From: Nemertoderma westbladi
Lineage: Eukaryota; Animalia; Xenacoelomorpha
Direction of reading: 5' to 3'
Assembly: GCA_032718475.1 (NCBI GenBank)
Contig: JAUCBJ010001126.1
Coordinates: 107 to 64,106 of the forward strand
Length of the DNA stretch: 64,000 bases
How positions within the stretch are numbered: the stretch's first letter is position 1; each line of letters starts with the position of its first letter. Made by a program: the position numbers and the translations under genes. A model generated the notes under the pieces. It ran no database searches, had not been told where the DNA came from, and was given only the letters and a program-made list of their open reading frames with translations. Below are positions 1-12,361 of the stretch, piece after piece.

Positions 1-48
1 TAAATACTGTGGAAACATAATCAAGATACAAAATCTCAAAAAAAGTAT

Positions 49-54
49 TTTATT
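49..54 (-). promoter_or_regulatory. Probable polyadenylation signal of RPL18
   Basis: AATAAA on - strand ~210 nt after the RPL18 stop, followed by a T-rich tract. Confidence 0.5.
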
Positions 55-262
55 AGCTGATTTCACGGTTTAATTAATTAATTATATATTCCACAAATAC
101 ACGCATACCATCGAAAGATACGACAGATAAATTCTACTTATTCTGCTGTTAAACCTTAAATATAATATGCAGGTATACGTAGCTATATAACAACAACCGA
201 ATTAAACTGAGTAATAACTCCGCCCGAGTCCGTTGCTTTCTACAAGTCGTCACGCCGTCCAA

Positions 263-829
263 CTAAACCTTGAACCCTCGGCTCTTCCTTCGACCACGAG
301 CTCTCTCGAACTTCCTCCCTTTACTTCTGACAAGCGGTTTGGAGTGGCTGTGCGGAACTCCCGGTGCCTTACCGAAGTGTTTCAAGGCTTTGCGTCCCTT
401 CCTCGGGCCCTGTAGCAGCACCGTGTTCTTTCCTTTCGGGCTGCGAAGCGCCAACTGATCGAACGTGATGATGTCGCCACCGGCTTTAACGATACGAGCG
501 CGCGCTGTTGCAGTGACCCGCAGAGCGCAAACGGTCAACTTGGGAACGCGGTAAAGTCTGACGTCGTTGGTTATGGAGCCCACAACCACGGCAACCTTAC
601 CCTCACGGCCTTCGCGTTTCATTTGTCTGGAGAGTCGAGACAGCGATAGAGGAGGTCTGTTTATTCGGCTCATACATAGCCGTTTCAGTACTATCTTATT
701 GAACTTGCAACCCGTTCGTCGGTGGAGGAATTTGTAGAGTTTTACGAGCAGACGGAGGTAAATGTCGTCGCTCTTGGGGTTCTTGCGGACGACTTTCCGC
801 ACATGATGGTGTTTAATATCGATACCCAT
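263..829 (-). CDS. RPL18: 60S ribosomal protein L18 (eL18), intronless
   Basis: 188 aa [60 protein letters not shown], typical full-length eL18 with ATG and stop. Confidence 0.97.
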   Translation of the reverse strand: MGIDIKHHHVRKVVRKNPKSDDIYLRLLVKLYKFLHRRTGCKFNKIVLKRLCMSRINRPPLSLSRLSRQMKREGREGKVAVVVGSITNDVRLYRVPKLTVCALRVTATARARIVKAGGDIITFDQLALRSPKGKNTVLLQGPRKGRKALKHFGKAPGVPHSHSKPLVRSKGRKFERARGRRKSRGFKV

Positions 830-1866
830 AACGATTGCGTAGAAGTCCTCTCACTACTGCTGTACTGTAGGCCTATTGGTATTCTCTATTCTGGTACCGG
901 TTCTACAACTACCGTATGCACTACACTGCACTCACACTGCAGCCTCTGTACCGGTACCTGTATGGCTGTATGGTACCGTGAGCAATTTACACCGCAGCAC
1001 AATTCATAATACAGCAATACATACAGCAAATACACACAGCAATAACTGATAACAGAATACCGCAAGACCAAACATAAAAAACATTTTATATAAAAAAAAA
1101 TGTTGTTATATTTGTTACATGTTTATATGCTGTAACATTGTCATATGTTAAATTTGTTATATTTTGGTTATATTAAAACAAAAAAACAAATGTATTTTTG
1201 ACAGATTTCGTCATTTTTGGCCAAAAATTTACACATTTTGTTAAATAATTCAGCTCTATAACAAAGAAAATTAAAAAAGTGGTAAAATAAGGGGGTGTTA
1301 AGAATCACCCAATCATCATTTATGCCAAATTTTACAATAATTCATAACTTTTTAGATAAGCCTAGTTGCATTTTGAAAATTAAAATTAGCATTCTTCAGA
1401 AAACGCATAGGCCATATTTAACGTGTATGCAGCTTAGTGTAATACTTCCAATGAAATGTTAGAATGAAAAATAGAATGGAAAAAAAGAATGAAAAAACAA
1501 CCGCGCTGAAAATTTTGTTGGAAGGGTGTTCCGGGTCGGTGATTTCATTTCTAAGTCTCATTACTCATTTGACAGAGTCATGGACTGTCCTGTCATTACT
1601 GTCTATCTGTCCGTCAAAATATAACCGACAGCTGAATAGACAAACAGACATTGTGGATGACATCAAACACGAAAACTCGCGTCAGTTAATGGAATCAGCA
1701 ACCCGGATAACCCCCATAATAAAACGTTTATCTACTGTAGTTGGAATGCTTTCCTTATATTTTGACAGACAGACAAACGGACATACATACAGACAGACAT
1801 AATAGACTTCAAGAAAAATTAAAACTGACTTCGGAAATGAAATCAGCGACCAAAAACCCAAATCAA

Positions 1867-1956
1867 AGAAGTTTTAGAAGTACAGTACCTTTAGTTTTAG
1901 TTTGAGAAGTTTTAGAAGTACAGTACCTTTAGTTTTAGTTTGAGAAGTTTTAGAAG
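1867..1956. repeat. 38-bp tandem repeat (~2.4 copies)
   Basis: AGAAGTTTTAGAAGTACAGTACCTTTAGTTTTAGTTTG at 1867, 1905 and partly 1943. Confidence 0.85.
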
Positions 1957-2009
1957 AAACATAATACTGTAGTTTTCGTTAAAAGTCTTATATATATATA
2001 TATAATAAT

Positions 2010-2440
2010 ATAATATTTGTAAGCATAAAATAATAAACAAAATAAAAAATTATTTTAAATAAACCTAGATCGACCTCAGAAACAATTCATATATTACTTT
2101 ATCACTAGCTTTCGATATAATATATGTATATCTTTTTCAAGTGTTGAAAACCAACTATTTATCAATTAAATAAATTAATAACATAAGCACAATTTAAAAT
2201 TCTAGAAAGTTTGTATACCTGAACTTTAAAGGTATACCAAAAAAAGGTATTAAAGGTAAAGGTTTTAAATTTTGAGAATTTTAAATTGTGCTTATATTGT
2301 TATTAATTTATTTAATTTATAAATAGTTGGTTTTCAACACTTGAAAAAGATATACATATTATATCGAAAGCTAGTGATAAAGTAATATATGAATTTTTTC
2401 TGATATTTATTTATTATTTTATGCTTACAAATATATAATA
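2010..2440. repeat. AT-rich long inverted repeat (foldback/MITE-like)
   Basis: ~2084-2203 is the reverse complement of ~2275-2395; weaker pairing extends outward to ~2010 and ~2440. Confidence 0.75.
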
Positions 2441-5400
2441 CACTAAACTGGATCCCTTTCCCACGGCGGTTTCTTATATATTCAAGGATTATATCTTCCC
2501 ACAATAATTTACATATATAATATATATATATACATTTTTCCGGAAATTTCTTATTCATTTTCCGGAAATTTCCTATTTTATGAATTATATTTAGCAAATT
2601 CTGAAAACATATATATATTAAAACGCAAGTAGAGTAAACACTAGAAACAAGGGATTCCTACTTAGATGTGGTCATAACTACGGATGAAATATACTTTTCC
2701 GGAAATTTCCTTTCACACTAACTTTTTGTTATTCATTTGGAAAAATACTGTAAGTGGCAAAATTCAAAATTGCCCCCCCCCCCTTAATATGCGGCCCTGC
2801 ATAACTTTTGAACTACATTAGCTATAACAAAAATGTTGACGTTTTGAAATCCTCATAAAAATCTGCACCAGGTGGGATTGAAAATGAAAACTCGATTTTT
2901 TTCTGATTTAGTCAACCCCCCCGCCCCCCCCCCCCCCCCCCCCTTAAGGTAAGGTTTAATAGATCTTACTAATTGGTTCGCATCCACGCTTAAAATATAT
3001 TACTTTTAAAACATAATTTTTTTGTTAATACCTGCCTGACATCAATCCCCTGTGAGCCTTTGGGTTGGGGTGGTGCAGATCAGGACAGTAAGAAGGAGGT
3101 TGAAGGGGGGGATCTTTCCCCTCTTCTTTGATTTTTTCTTCCGATTTTGTGGTACAGTAGAATCGCTCAATTTTAATTTGTATCATAACTGAGCCTCATG
3201 CTGCGCGAAGGCATCTAGAACGTGTACCCTGTATTATCATTATCATTATTGCAATGCATTGGGAACTAGCCTATTGCATTGGAAAAAGAGGTATAAATAT
3301 ATTTAGAATTACAATTTAGAATATATATATAAAGTAATAATAATTTAGAATATTTATTAAGAATACATATTTGAGTAATTTATCTTTAAAATCATTATGC
3401 GATCATTATTAGAACTCATTAAATCGGCTACATCATGACCTACTGTACTACAGAGTAACAGTAAGTCATGGCTAGATCATTAGGATACAACCATGACCTA
3501 CTACTGTATAACATTTGCTACACCTACTATGTTATAGTAGGTCATGATACAACCCAACCGGGACGCAACGCAACGCGGCCACAGTTCGCATGTAGGCCTA
3601 AACCCACAATTCATCTGCAATACAGTATCAAGAGTTTCTCTTAGCAGACTCTTCCGTAATATCAAGGCTGACCAGCCAGCTGGCTGCCATAGAACAGGAT
3701 CACACAGACGGATCAGTTCTACAACAGCAGCGCCCAATAGGATTCATCCGCTGCGCCTGCAGGGTTGTCTGGGTTTTGGTAGTAAGATGTTACTAAGTAT
3801 ATTGTACTGTACAACGCTTCGTTTGTTAAGTGAGTATTGTCTCCGATTCCATGATCCATGCATTAGGCCTAGTATCTGGTGTATGTACCGTGTTCTGGCT
3901 CTGGGGTCTACCACAGTACGGACCCACCAGGCGTCACGAAATCACGAATAATAACTGCTCTATGCTCAACATGATGTCTGGCAATTAAATAGCCAATAAC
4001 ATGGATGGTTGGATTTCTGATCCCGCTTCATCTTTTTAAATAAAGTTTCTTCTGCAATACTGTGAAGAAAGGATGCTTTTAAATAATTAATATCAAGATA
4101 AAGGGGTTAACAGGGAGATTTAGTTTTACTGTGAATAAAATACATAAATTATTGGAAAGCAAACACAGTAGGTTTAATAATTAATCGAACGTTCTTATAC
4201 CAAAACAATTATTCAAATTAAATGAAATATTTTAATAGAATCGCACAAACATTGCAATACCAAATGCTAAAATGGACATACAGGAATTTGAAAGAAACAA
4301 AATAACCACATCAACAAATCAATGCAACAATAACAAACAGAAAACTCACGCGTATAGAGGTTGCTGGTTGCATTGAGTACAAGTTAAATATGAGGGAATA
4401 ACTAAACAGTTAAGCAGAAGAGCGACAATGTCAGACTAAACCTGTCAATCAATGTATATTTCCTTTTACAAAGAGGGTAATATAATTAAATTAAAACACT
4501 CAAGTTACCGATGAAATAAAATTAACGTCTAAATTAGAGTACAGGTAACACTAATACTAGGCGCACACACACACACATCTTACAATAATGAAAAATATAA
4601 TGAAAACGTACGTTCACATACACACAAGTTATTACAACAAAAGTAGAAATACATTATTATATGCGATGTGAGCACAATATATAAATTGATGTAGAACTAA
4701 TCCCACTCCTCAATTGAGCCTAACAACCGACCATATACACCTCATTATCCCATGGAATGACGACACGCCGCTGCCTAGAAATGATATACTGTACTTCGTA
4801 CTGAATTGTTGCTAAGCAGCTACCCCCGTAGGAACAACATAGTGACCCAACACTAAAACCCAACAGAAACTTTAAGATAAATTGATAGATGGTCCGGAGC
4901 TGTATAGTGCGAGCCAGCCACAACGACGAAAATAAATCGTCTACCGATAACTTCCCTACCAAAATATCTTCAAAATTACAAATTCTCCCTAAACGCTAAC
5001 TAAAACAGGCTGTTCTACAACCTAACACTACCTGGTTCAAGATGTAATGATGCAGAAACACAAACTTCACTAAATGGATGTAAAATTGAATTAAATCACT
5101 AATTTCCTTTCGTCAACAAACAGCGACACCACGACTCACTAAACAACGCAACTCATAAAGTAATCTCGTTCTCTCTACACATCGAACTCCACAAACAAGA
5201 TTCAAAGCGCCAATAATAGAGAACTTGGACCCCCTTAATTATTCGAATCTTTAATTCCACGTAATAATAAATTATGTTTCTTAGGAAATGCGAAATTAAA
5301 CCAATCACAAAGCTTAAAACTCTACTAAACACAATAAACAGCGCCACGGTTGTAAGGTGTAATTTATTTCAAGTCAGAGTACCTCCACACAGCCCCTGAC

Positions 5401-5675
5401 CACGCAGATCCCAGGTAAATAAACACAACACAAGAGAATATTAAAGGATATTCCTGTACTTAAATTATTCTGTCTACACGACACATTGACCCTCCGCCGG
5501 TGATAAACAAAAGTCTTAAATCATCCAAGGGTTAGGCGACCCCCGAATTGGCGACAGCGCTCCACTGGTTGGGTGGTTACCATCAACCAATCGCGGTGGC
5601 GCATTCTAGGCCTGGTCCGGGCAGTCTCGAGCAAAATGGCCCAACTTGCCGCATTGGTAGCAGTCTGTCTGGCTC

Positions 5676-6213
5676 TGTGACGGGATCCAGGAGGGATCCC
5701 GATTTATCCGATGTGGTATTTAGTCCACGCGTCCCCGCCGTGTATAAGAGTGAAATAAAGATAACTGAGTTCTGAAGTTCGGTGTATAATAAGAGGTTAT
5801 AGGATATAGATATATTGTGAATTGTACGGTAGGCGGGATACGGTAACTAAAGTCCCGTGATCCCCTAACTAAACTAATTGGCTGTACCCTACGCTAGCAC
5901 TGCTGCACTGAGATAACTGAATCACTGATTAATAGGTTATTGGTTATATTGCACGGTGGCCTTACTGCTACTCAATCGATGCCATTCCCCCCTCTGATTG
6001 GTTAATACCCTTGTTGGCGCCCCGTGGAGTATTCCCGTTCACTCCACCTGTTCTCCTTGGGTTAGGGGTTTGGCCCCTGACCCTCTATTGTGTGCTTCCT
6101 TCCCACTCTCATTGGGATGGCACGAGTTGGTTAATTGCCCAATCTCGTGGCTCCCAATATTGCTTATCGGCTAATAACTTTATGGGGTGTTGGCGGGATT
6201 GAATAAGCTAACA
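5676..6213 (-). repeat. 3' LTR
   Basis: TGTGACGGG...GCTAACA; adjacent PPT (CTCCCCCCC on + from 6214). Confidence 0.95.
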
Positions 6214-6649
6214 CTCCCCCCCATGCTATCTTCCCGGTAAGAAGATAGCATCAACCAAAAAATGCGTTACAATCCCGCTGGATCCCGATCTAGAATCGGG
6301 TGTGGGGTGGAAATCTTTTCTCTCGGAGTCGGCTTTCCAGGCCGCTCCCTCTGGGTATGATAACGCTACCCTTTACGCCTGGCGTCCATGTCGGGCCGAT
6401 CGTGCTCGTCTCTCACACGATTTTTGTTTCCCCAACACTTTCGCCCTTGACTCTACTCTCCTTTCACTCTACTCTCGGACTTCTCTGTCCCTTACTCAGC
6501 TTCTTACTCCTTCCCCCCCACGCTTGAATTGCGCTCACACTATCTCCAAACTATCTCCATACCACCTCTCGCTATCTCTCTTGCCACTCCCTAAGGCTTT
6601 AATCTCTAATGCTACCCCTGTGCTATCATACTGTCTACCTACTGCTTAC

Positions 6650-7870
6650 TAACTCTAACTATCTAACTAACTCTGCTAACTACTAACTCTTACTACTTCT
6701 AGCTCTAACTGAGAGCCTCTAACTTTCTACTGACTCTAACTCTCTACTAAGTCTAACTAACTCCTACTAACTTTCTACTTCTACCAACTCTACTTGACTC
6801 CTCTGCTTGACTCCTCTGCTTGACTAGCTCTACTAACTCTGCTCCACTAGCTCTGCTAACTCTACTCCACTAGCTCTGCTAACTCTACTCCGCTCTTCTA
6901 ACTACGTGGCGCTTGCGGTGCCCACAACCACTCTACTATCTGGCACCCTATGTGCCCTTCTACTACTCAACTACCTCTCTAGCTCTACTACCTGGCACCC
7001 TATGTGCCCCCTCTGCTCTACTCTACTACCTGGCACCCTGTGTGCCCTCTCTACTACACTACTACCTCTCTAACTTACTACCTGGCACCCTATGTGCCCG
7101 TCTCTACTCCTCTACATCCCCTTTACGTCTCATCGCCTACACGTGACGCTCTGAGTGCCGGCAGAGTGGGTACGTTAATTATGTGAACTACTACTGACTC
7201 TACTAACTCTACTAACTCTCTTCTAACTCTACTAACTCTTTTTGTGCCCGGCACCTCTTGTGCCCGGCACCTTCTACCTCTACTAACTCTTTTTGTGCCC
7301 GGCACCTCTTGTGCCCGGCACCTTCTAACTCTAACTAGGTATTACGTACCCTCTAACTCTAACTCTAACTAGGTACTACGTACCTACTAACTCTCTAACT
7401 CTAGGTACTACGTACCTACTAACTCTAACTCTAACTAGGTACTACGCACCTACTAACTCTTACTAACTCTCTAACGGTACTACGTACCTACTAACTCTTA
7501 CTAACTCTCTAACGGTACTACGTACCCCTTAACTCCTACTCTCTAACGGTACTACGTACCCTCTAACTCTTACTCTAACGGTACTACACGTACCCTCCTA
7601 CTAACTCTTCTACTAACGGTACTACACGTACCCTCCTACTAACTCTTCTACTAACGGTACTACACGTACCCTCCTACTAACTCTTCTACTAACGGTACTA
7701 CACGTACCCTCCTACTAACTCTTCTACTAACGGTACTACACGTACCCTCCTACTAACTCTTCTACTAACGGTACTACACGTACCCTCCTACTAACTCTTC
7801 TACTAACGGTACTACACGTACCCTCCTACTAACTCTTCTACTAACGGTACTACACGTACCATCCTACCTA
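6650..7870. repeat. Nested tandem repeats inside the LTR element (TACTAAC-rich; 38-bp unit ~7.5x at 7575-7860)
   Basis: Unit CTAACGGTACTACACGTACCCTCCTACTAACTCTTCTA, plus related shorter repeats. Confidence 0.9.
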
Positions 7871-8071
7871 ACTCCTAACTACCTAACTTCTGCCTACTCT
7901 ATTATTTAATTATTTTCTTATTTTAATTAAATAATTATTTTATATTTTGTGCGTGGGAGGGGCGTCTCGCCCTCATTCCCACCCCCCTCAGTCCAAAACT
8001 TTGGACGACTAAAAACTCTCACGTGCCCCTTCTTCCGGTAGGCACTCTCCCGCTGCCCTCCTATACGTCCT

Positions 8072-8719
8072 CTAACTCTTCGCCACACTCTCTTCGGTGC
8101 CACCTTTGCTGGCCTCCCCCTTCGTATGTGCGCTGGCATTAAAGGCCCTCGACGACCCCCGCTCGTTCCTTGGTACACACGGCGTCTGCCCGTGCAATGC
8201 CCCCTCGCACTGTGTCCGTCCTGCGTGTGTATGCAACACGCCTCCTTCTACTTTCCCGACTCCCTTATGTTTGCTAATGGGCTTCTCTGCCCCTGGTTTA
8301 GTCCTTTCATATCCTCTCCCTTTCCAACACTCTCCGGATCTGTGTCCTTTTACCACACATCGATGACATAGTCCGTTTGCGTCTGTGTAGGCTACACGAT
8401 CTCGTTTGGGCAACGCTTGCCAGTACTTGCAACTCCTGGTCTTATGGGTTCCGTCCCGATGTAATTGACATTGGAATCCTGGATTATAGCGTTTCCTGTA
8501 TAGTCCTTCACGTATCGCGCTTAGGTTTATATGTACCGATTTAATGTTTTGGTTGTCTAGACTCGGCCTACTGGGTATATTGGGATTGTGTTTATTTTTG
8601 GTGTTATTTTCTTTCTGTCCCTGCCACGGTGTGGCCCTGCTCCCAGCTAACTGTGGACTAGCAGTCCCCTGTACGGCCGCGTGTGGTATTGACTGTCCGC
8701 ACGACCTGTTCTCGTCCAA
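8072..8719 (-). CDS. Bel/Pao-type gag C-terminal Cys-His region
   Basis: CQLHRDGTHKTRSCKYWQALPKRDRVAYTDANGLCHRCVVKGHRSGEC matches the Bel/Pao gag knuckle pattern; overlaps the upstream ORF in another frame. Confidence 0.7.
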   Translation of the reverse strand: MDENRSCGQSIPHAAVQGTASPQLAGSRATPWQGQKENNTKNKHNPNIPSRPSLDNQNIKSVHINLSAIREGLYRKRYNPGFQCQLHRDGTHKTRSCKYWQALPKRDRVAYTDANGLCHRCVVKGHRSGECWKGRGYERTKPGAEKPISKHKGVGKVEGGVLHTHAGRTQCEGALHGQTPCVPRNERGSSRAFNASAHTKGEASKGGTEESVAKS

Positions 8720-9833
8720 GGGAGTTCGATGTTCTCGCTCCTATTGGGGTATATTGTCGATATTGTGATGGGGGAATGTCACCCTGTCCCCCCCCAGCCG
8801 GTATGTTTGGTACTGGGGTTGATGTTAATACATTGGGGCCCATACGTCTATCTCCAATAACTCCCCCCTCCCCTGGATATATGTTATGTCCCTGTGTATT
8901 ATAGTCATGCTGCTGTACCGATATAGGCCTACCTACCTCTCGCCTACCTACCGGTATGTACTCCGCGACTTCCGGGTTTAATCCCGTCGTTCGCGCTACC
9001 CCATCGCCTACTCTATCTCTCCCAGCATGGCCTATAATAGTATGTGCAGTAAGGCCTACAGTATGTCCTGCAGTCTGCATGTGCCCTTCCGAACCGAAGT
9101 TTATTCTTCGCGAATCTCGAATCTCCCCGCGACTACTGCACTCTCGATCGGCAGCTATATCCCGTCGGGAAGCTTCTCTCCGATCCCCTCTCCTGTTCTC
9201 GACTCTGTATTGGTACGTCTTGTACCCCTCTCTTGGCGTGCGGTGCGTTTCTCCGGGGCGACGGCAATCTCCCGAAGTTCGACCCCACTGGCTCCCTGAC
9301 TCCATCTCTACTGTCGACGGTCCGTTATCCGTCCTCGCACTGCTATCGTTCGTGGCGACACTTCTTCTACTATCTTCTCTTCTTCTCTTTTCTGTGTAGT
9401 ATTCCGGCTCGTGAGATCTCTCGTCGACCTCCCGGTTAAACTCCACTGTTCTTCCTCCCTCTTCTGATCGGGCTCGACGCTTCGCCTGCCCTCTCGCGAC
9501 GTCAACCTGCCTCTCTCTGCTCGATCGCACGCCGCTGGGGATACTCGCAATCCCCCTATTACTCTCCGTCGCCGGGTGTTGCGGTTTACCTGATTCGGCC
9601 CGCGCATTATCCGCTGACGGCTGTGGGACACTCTCTGCCCCCCCTCTCTCTCTACTAGTCTCTCGCGGTGGGGTGCCCGTAGCCCCCCCCCACCCGCCAC
9701 TTCTAACTTCACTATTTCTTACTACACTTCTATACCCCTCTTGTGGGGCATTCTCTGCCCCCCCTCTCTCGCCACTAATCTTATGTGGTGGGGCGCCGGT
9801 AGCCCCCCCCCCACTCGCCACATCTAACTTCAC
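8658..9833 (-). CDS. Low-complexity R/G/E-rich ORF of the LTR element (gag-related)
   Basis: 391-aa open frame on the element sense strand with internal repeats. Confidence 0.5.
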   Translation of the reverse strand: MKLDVASGGGATGAPPHKISGERGGAENAPQEGYRSVVRNSEVRSGGWGGATGTPPRETSRERGGAESVPQPSADNARAESGKPQHPATESNRGIASIPSGVRSSRERQVDVARGQAKRRARSEEGGRTVEFNREVDERSHEPEYYTEKRRREDSRRSVATNDSSARTDNGPSTVEMESGSQWGRTSGDCRRPGETHRTPREGYKTYQYRVENRRGDRREASRRDIAADRECSSRGEIRDSRRINFGSEGHMQTAGHTVGLTAHTIIGHAGRDRVGDGVARTTGLNPEVAEYIPVGRREVGRPISVQQHDYNTQGHNIYPGEGGVIGDRRMGPNVLTSTPVPNIPAGGGQGDIPPSQYRQYTPIGARTSNSLGREQVVRTVNTTRGRTGDC

Positions 9834-10356
9834 TATCTCTCACTTCGTCTCTACACCCCTCTCTAGTCGACGCACTGTCTCTACTACGGCTGGGTCTATT
9901 CACCCCCGCCTCTCTCTCTACTACTGCGTGGCCCACCAGGCCCACTTCGGGTTGGCTCAACCCCGCTACCTCCTGCCTACCAACTACGTGGCCTACCAGG
10001 CCGCCGTCGGGTTGGCTCAACCCTGCCACCTCCTGCCTACTAACTACGTGGCCTACCAGGCCACCGTCTGCCGGGTTATGTACGTCCGACACGCTCATAT
10101 TAATAGCACCATTCCCAATATTATTTGTTAAATCAATTAAATTATTAGAATTTGAAACGGGATTATTATTTAAATTATTTAAATTACTTAGATCACTACT
10201 ATTCTCTAAACTTAAATTATTATTCGAATTATTTTGCGGGTTTGAATTGAAATTATTATTTAGAGTATTTGTATTTAAATTTAAATACTACTACCCGGTA
10301 AAATATTATTTCCTGTAATAAAGGGATTAGGGTTATTTACTACGGTACTATTAATA

Positions 10357-11709
10357 TTAACTATCTTCTAACGTACTACTACTACCCCCCCCGCCCGTAC
10401 GGCTACACCAGTTCTGGCTCTCTCGCCCGGTGCCTGTAAGTGGGGGCTCACTCTCTGATATCTCCAACCGCGCCAGTTCTAGTCGGCGCCGTTTAAGTTT
10501 GGCCCGATATTGCGCAAGCAGCGCCAGTCGGTCAAGCAAAAGATCTCGCTCACGCTTTTGCTTTAACTCTCTCTCTCCGCACACTCGGGACTCTCTCGCA
10601 AGCATCCCAGGCTGCCTCGCCGGCTCGCTCTCTATTCTCCCGGTTATTATCGCGATATGCTCCCGCTTTCTACGCTCCTCGGCCCTCTCTCTATCCTCCC
10701 TTACCAACTCTAATAATGCGGTTTGCTCTCTCAATTGCCCCTCTAACTGTTTCCGCTCTGCCGCCGCCTTTTCTAATTTATACGCCACGCGTTCACTCTC
10801 TCGCACCCATTTTTCTTTTGCGGAGGATGTAGCAGACTTATCGGTTGCGACGGACTCCCGTCGCCCCTCCGTCCCACTAACTTTCCCCCGCTTCCCGGAA
10901 CTTCCTCCGACCGACGAGACCGAATCCTCGGAGTTAACCTCGGATTCGCCCTCCCCAGGTCTCTTCCAACCCACTAACTTAAATTCCCTGGCACCGACTA
11001 AGTATGGCCCTATGTACACTACACCAGGCCCCATACCCCTACGTTCCCATAGCCCAAACAGTTCGAAGGCAACCCCTCTCGCTCTCTCCCTGGCCAGTTC
11101 TCCCTGCCCAGAACGCACTAGGTGATCAAAGTATCTGTTCGACTCACCTAGTCGTCTCCTCAGTCTCACCTCGTCTATCTTCGCCCCTCCTTTGGCCTCT
11201 CTCAGTTGCTCCCGGGTCACGAGGTAGGCCCGTCGAAGTCGATCAGAAACCCCGACGTCCTCGTCGCCGACCTCTCCTCCGTCCCTCCGGGTTCGACGTC
11301 GTACCGGCGGCTCCACCGTCGCCGTTCCGGTGGGCCGTCCGTCGCCCTCGGCCTGTAGCTGGCCGGCGACATCGGTACCGATCTTTCCTCCGTCTCTTCG
11401 CGTCCGGCGTCGCACCGTCGGCCCCACCGTCGCCGTTTCGGTGGGCCGCTCGTCGCCCTCGGCCGGTAGCTGGCCGGTGACATCGGCGCGCCGTTCTCCG
11501 TCTCGTGTCGACTCGTCTCCTTCTCCCTCCGTCTCGCTCTCTTTCTCTCTTAGCTCGACTTCGGGTTCCAGGCCCTCCTCGTTCCGGACTTCCGGTTCGC
11601 CCGTTATCGATGGCTCCGGCGTCGTGGGCCTGTATCGTTTGGTCGCGGCCTCGCGGATCGTTAGGTCTTCGTCCGGGGTCCGCGTCGGTGTCTCGCCCGA
11701 TTCACTCAT
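10357..11709 (-). CDS. First ORF of the LTR element, charged/coiled-coil gag-like protein
   Basis: 450 aa, ATG ~115 nt after the 5' LTR, E/R-rich helical segments, internal ~38-aa duplication. Confidence 0.6.
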   Translation of the reverse strand: MSESGETPTRTPDEDLTIREAATKRYRPTTPEPSITGEPEVRNEEGLEPEVELREKESETEGEGDESTRDGERRADVTGQLPAEGDERPTETATVGPTVRRRTRRDGGKIGTDVAGQLQAEGDGRPTGTATVEPPVRRRTRRDGGEVGDEDVGVSDRLRRAYLVTREQLREAKGGAKIDEVRLRRRLGESNRYFDHLVRSGQGELARERARGVAFELFGLWERRGMGPGVVYIGPYLVGAREFKLVGWKRPGEGESEVNSEDSVSSVGGSSGKRGKVSGTEGRRESVATDKSATSSAKEKWVRESERVAYKLEKAAAERKQLEGQLREQTALLELVREDRERAEERRKREHIAIITGRIESEPARQPGMLARESRVCGERELKQKRERDLLLDRLALLAQYRAKLKRRRLELARLEISESEPPLTGTGRESQNWCSRTGGGGSSSTLEDS

Positions 11710-11823
11710 CTCGTTTGTGGCTGATGATTCGGCTAGCTAGGTTGCAGTTCTTAGAGTTTAACTAGGGCGGCAGCTCGGTTTAGTTACTGAGTTTAGCTGG
11801 GGAAGCAACACCGTTTTAGTTAC

Positions 11824-12361
11824 TGTGACGGGATCCAGGAGGGATCCCGATTTATCCGATGTGGTATTTAGTCCACGCGTCCCCGCCGTGTATAAGAGTG
11901 AAATAAAGATAACTGAGTTCTGAAGTTCGGTGTATAATAAGAGGTTATAGGATATAGATATATTGTGAATTGTACGGTAGGCAGGATACGGTAACTAAAG
12001 TCCCGTGATCCCCTAACTAAACTAATTGGCTGTACCCTACGCTAGCACTGCTGCACTGAGATAACTGAATCACTGATTAATAGGTTATTGGTTATATTGC
12101 ACGGTGGCCTTACTGCTACTCAATCGATGCCATTCCCCCCTCTGATTGGTTAATACCCTTGTTGGCGCCCCGTGGAGTATTCCCGTTCACTCCACCTGTT
12201 CTCCTTGGGTTAGGGGTTTGGCCCCTGACCCTCTATTGTGTGCTTCCTTCCCACTCTCATTGGGATGGCACGAGTTGGTTAATTGCCCAATCTCGTGGCT
12301 CCCAATATTGCTTATCGGCTAATAACTTTATGGGGTGTTGGCGGGATTGAATAAGCTAACA
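11824..12361 (-). repeat. 5' LTR
   Basis: Near-identical to 5676-6213 (one G/A difference noticed by eye). Confidence 0.95.

Larger units (their letters stand above)
5676..12361 (-). mobile_element. Non-autonomous (gag-only) Bel/Pao-like LTR retrotransposon
   Basis: 538-bp TG...CA LTRs, 5-bp TSD GGCTC (5671-5675, 12362-12366), single GGCTC at the paralogous empty site 36476-36480, polypurine tract next to the left LTR, Bel/Pao-type Cys-His gag, no pol motifs seen. Confidence 0.9.

Noticed and set aside
3421-3470. Candidate missing knuckle exon (CSTVGHDVAD on - strand)
   Set aside because: No acceptor AG in the right position and no final Cys
3501-5775. Short ORFs shared between the two direct-repeat copies
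   Set aside because: Indels between the copies break several of them; no recognisable domains
6011-6202. Identical 63-aa ORFs here and at 12159
   Set aside because: They lie inside the LTRs; identity reflects LTR duplication, non-ATG start
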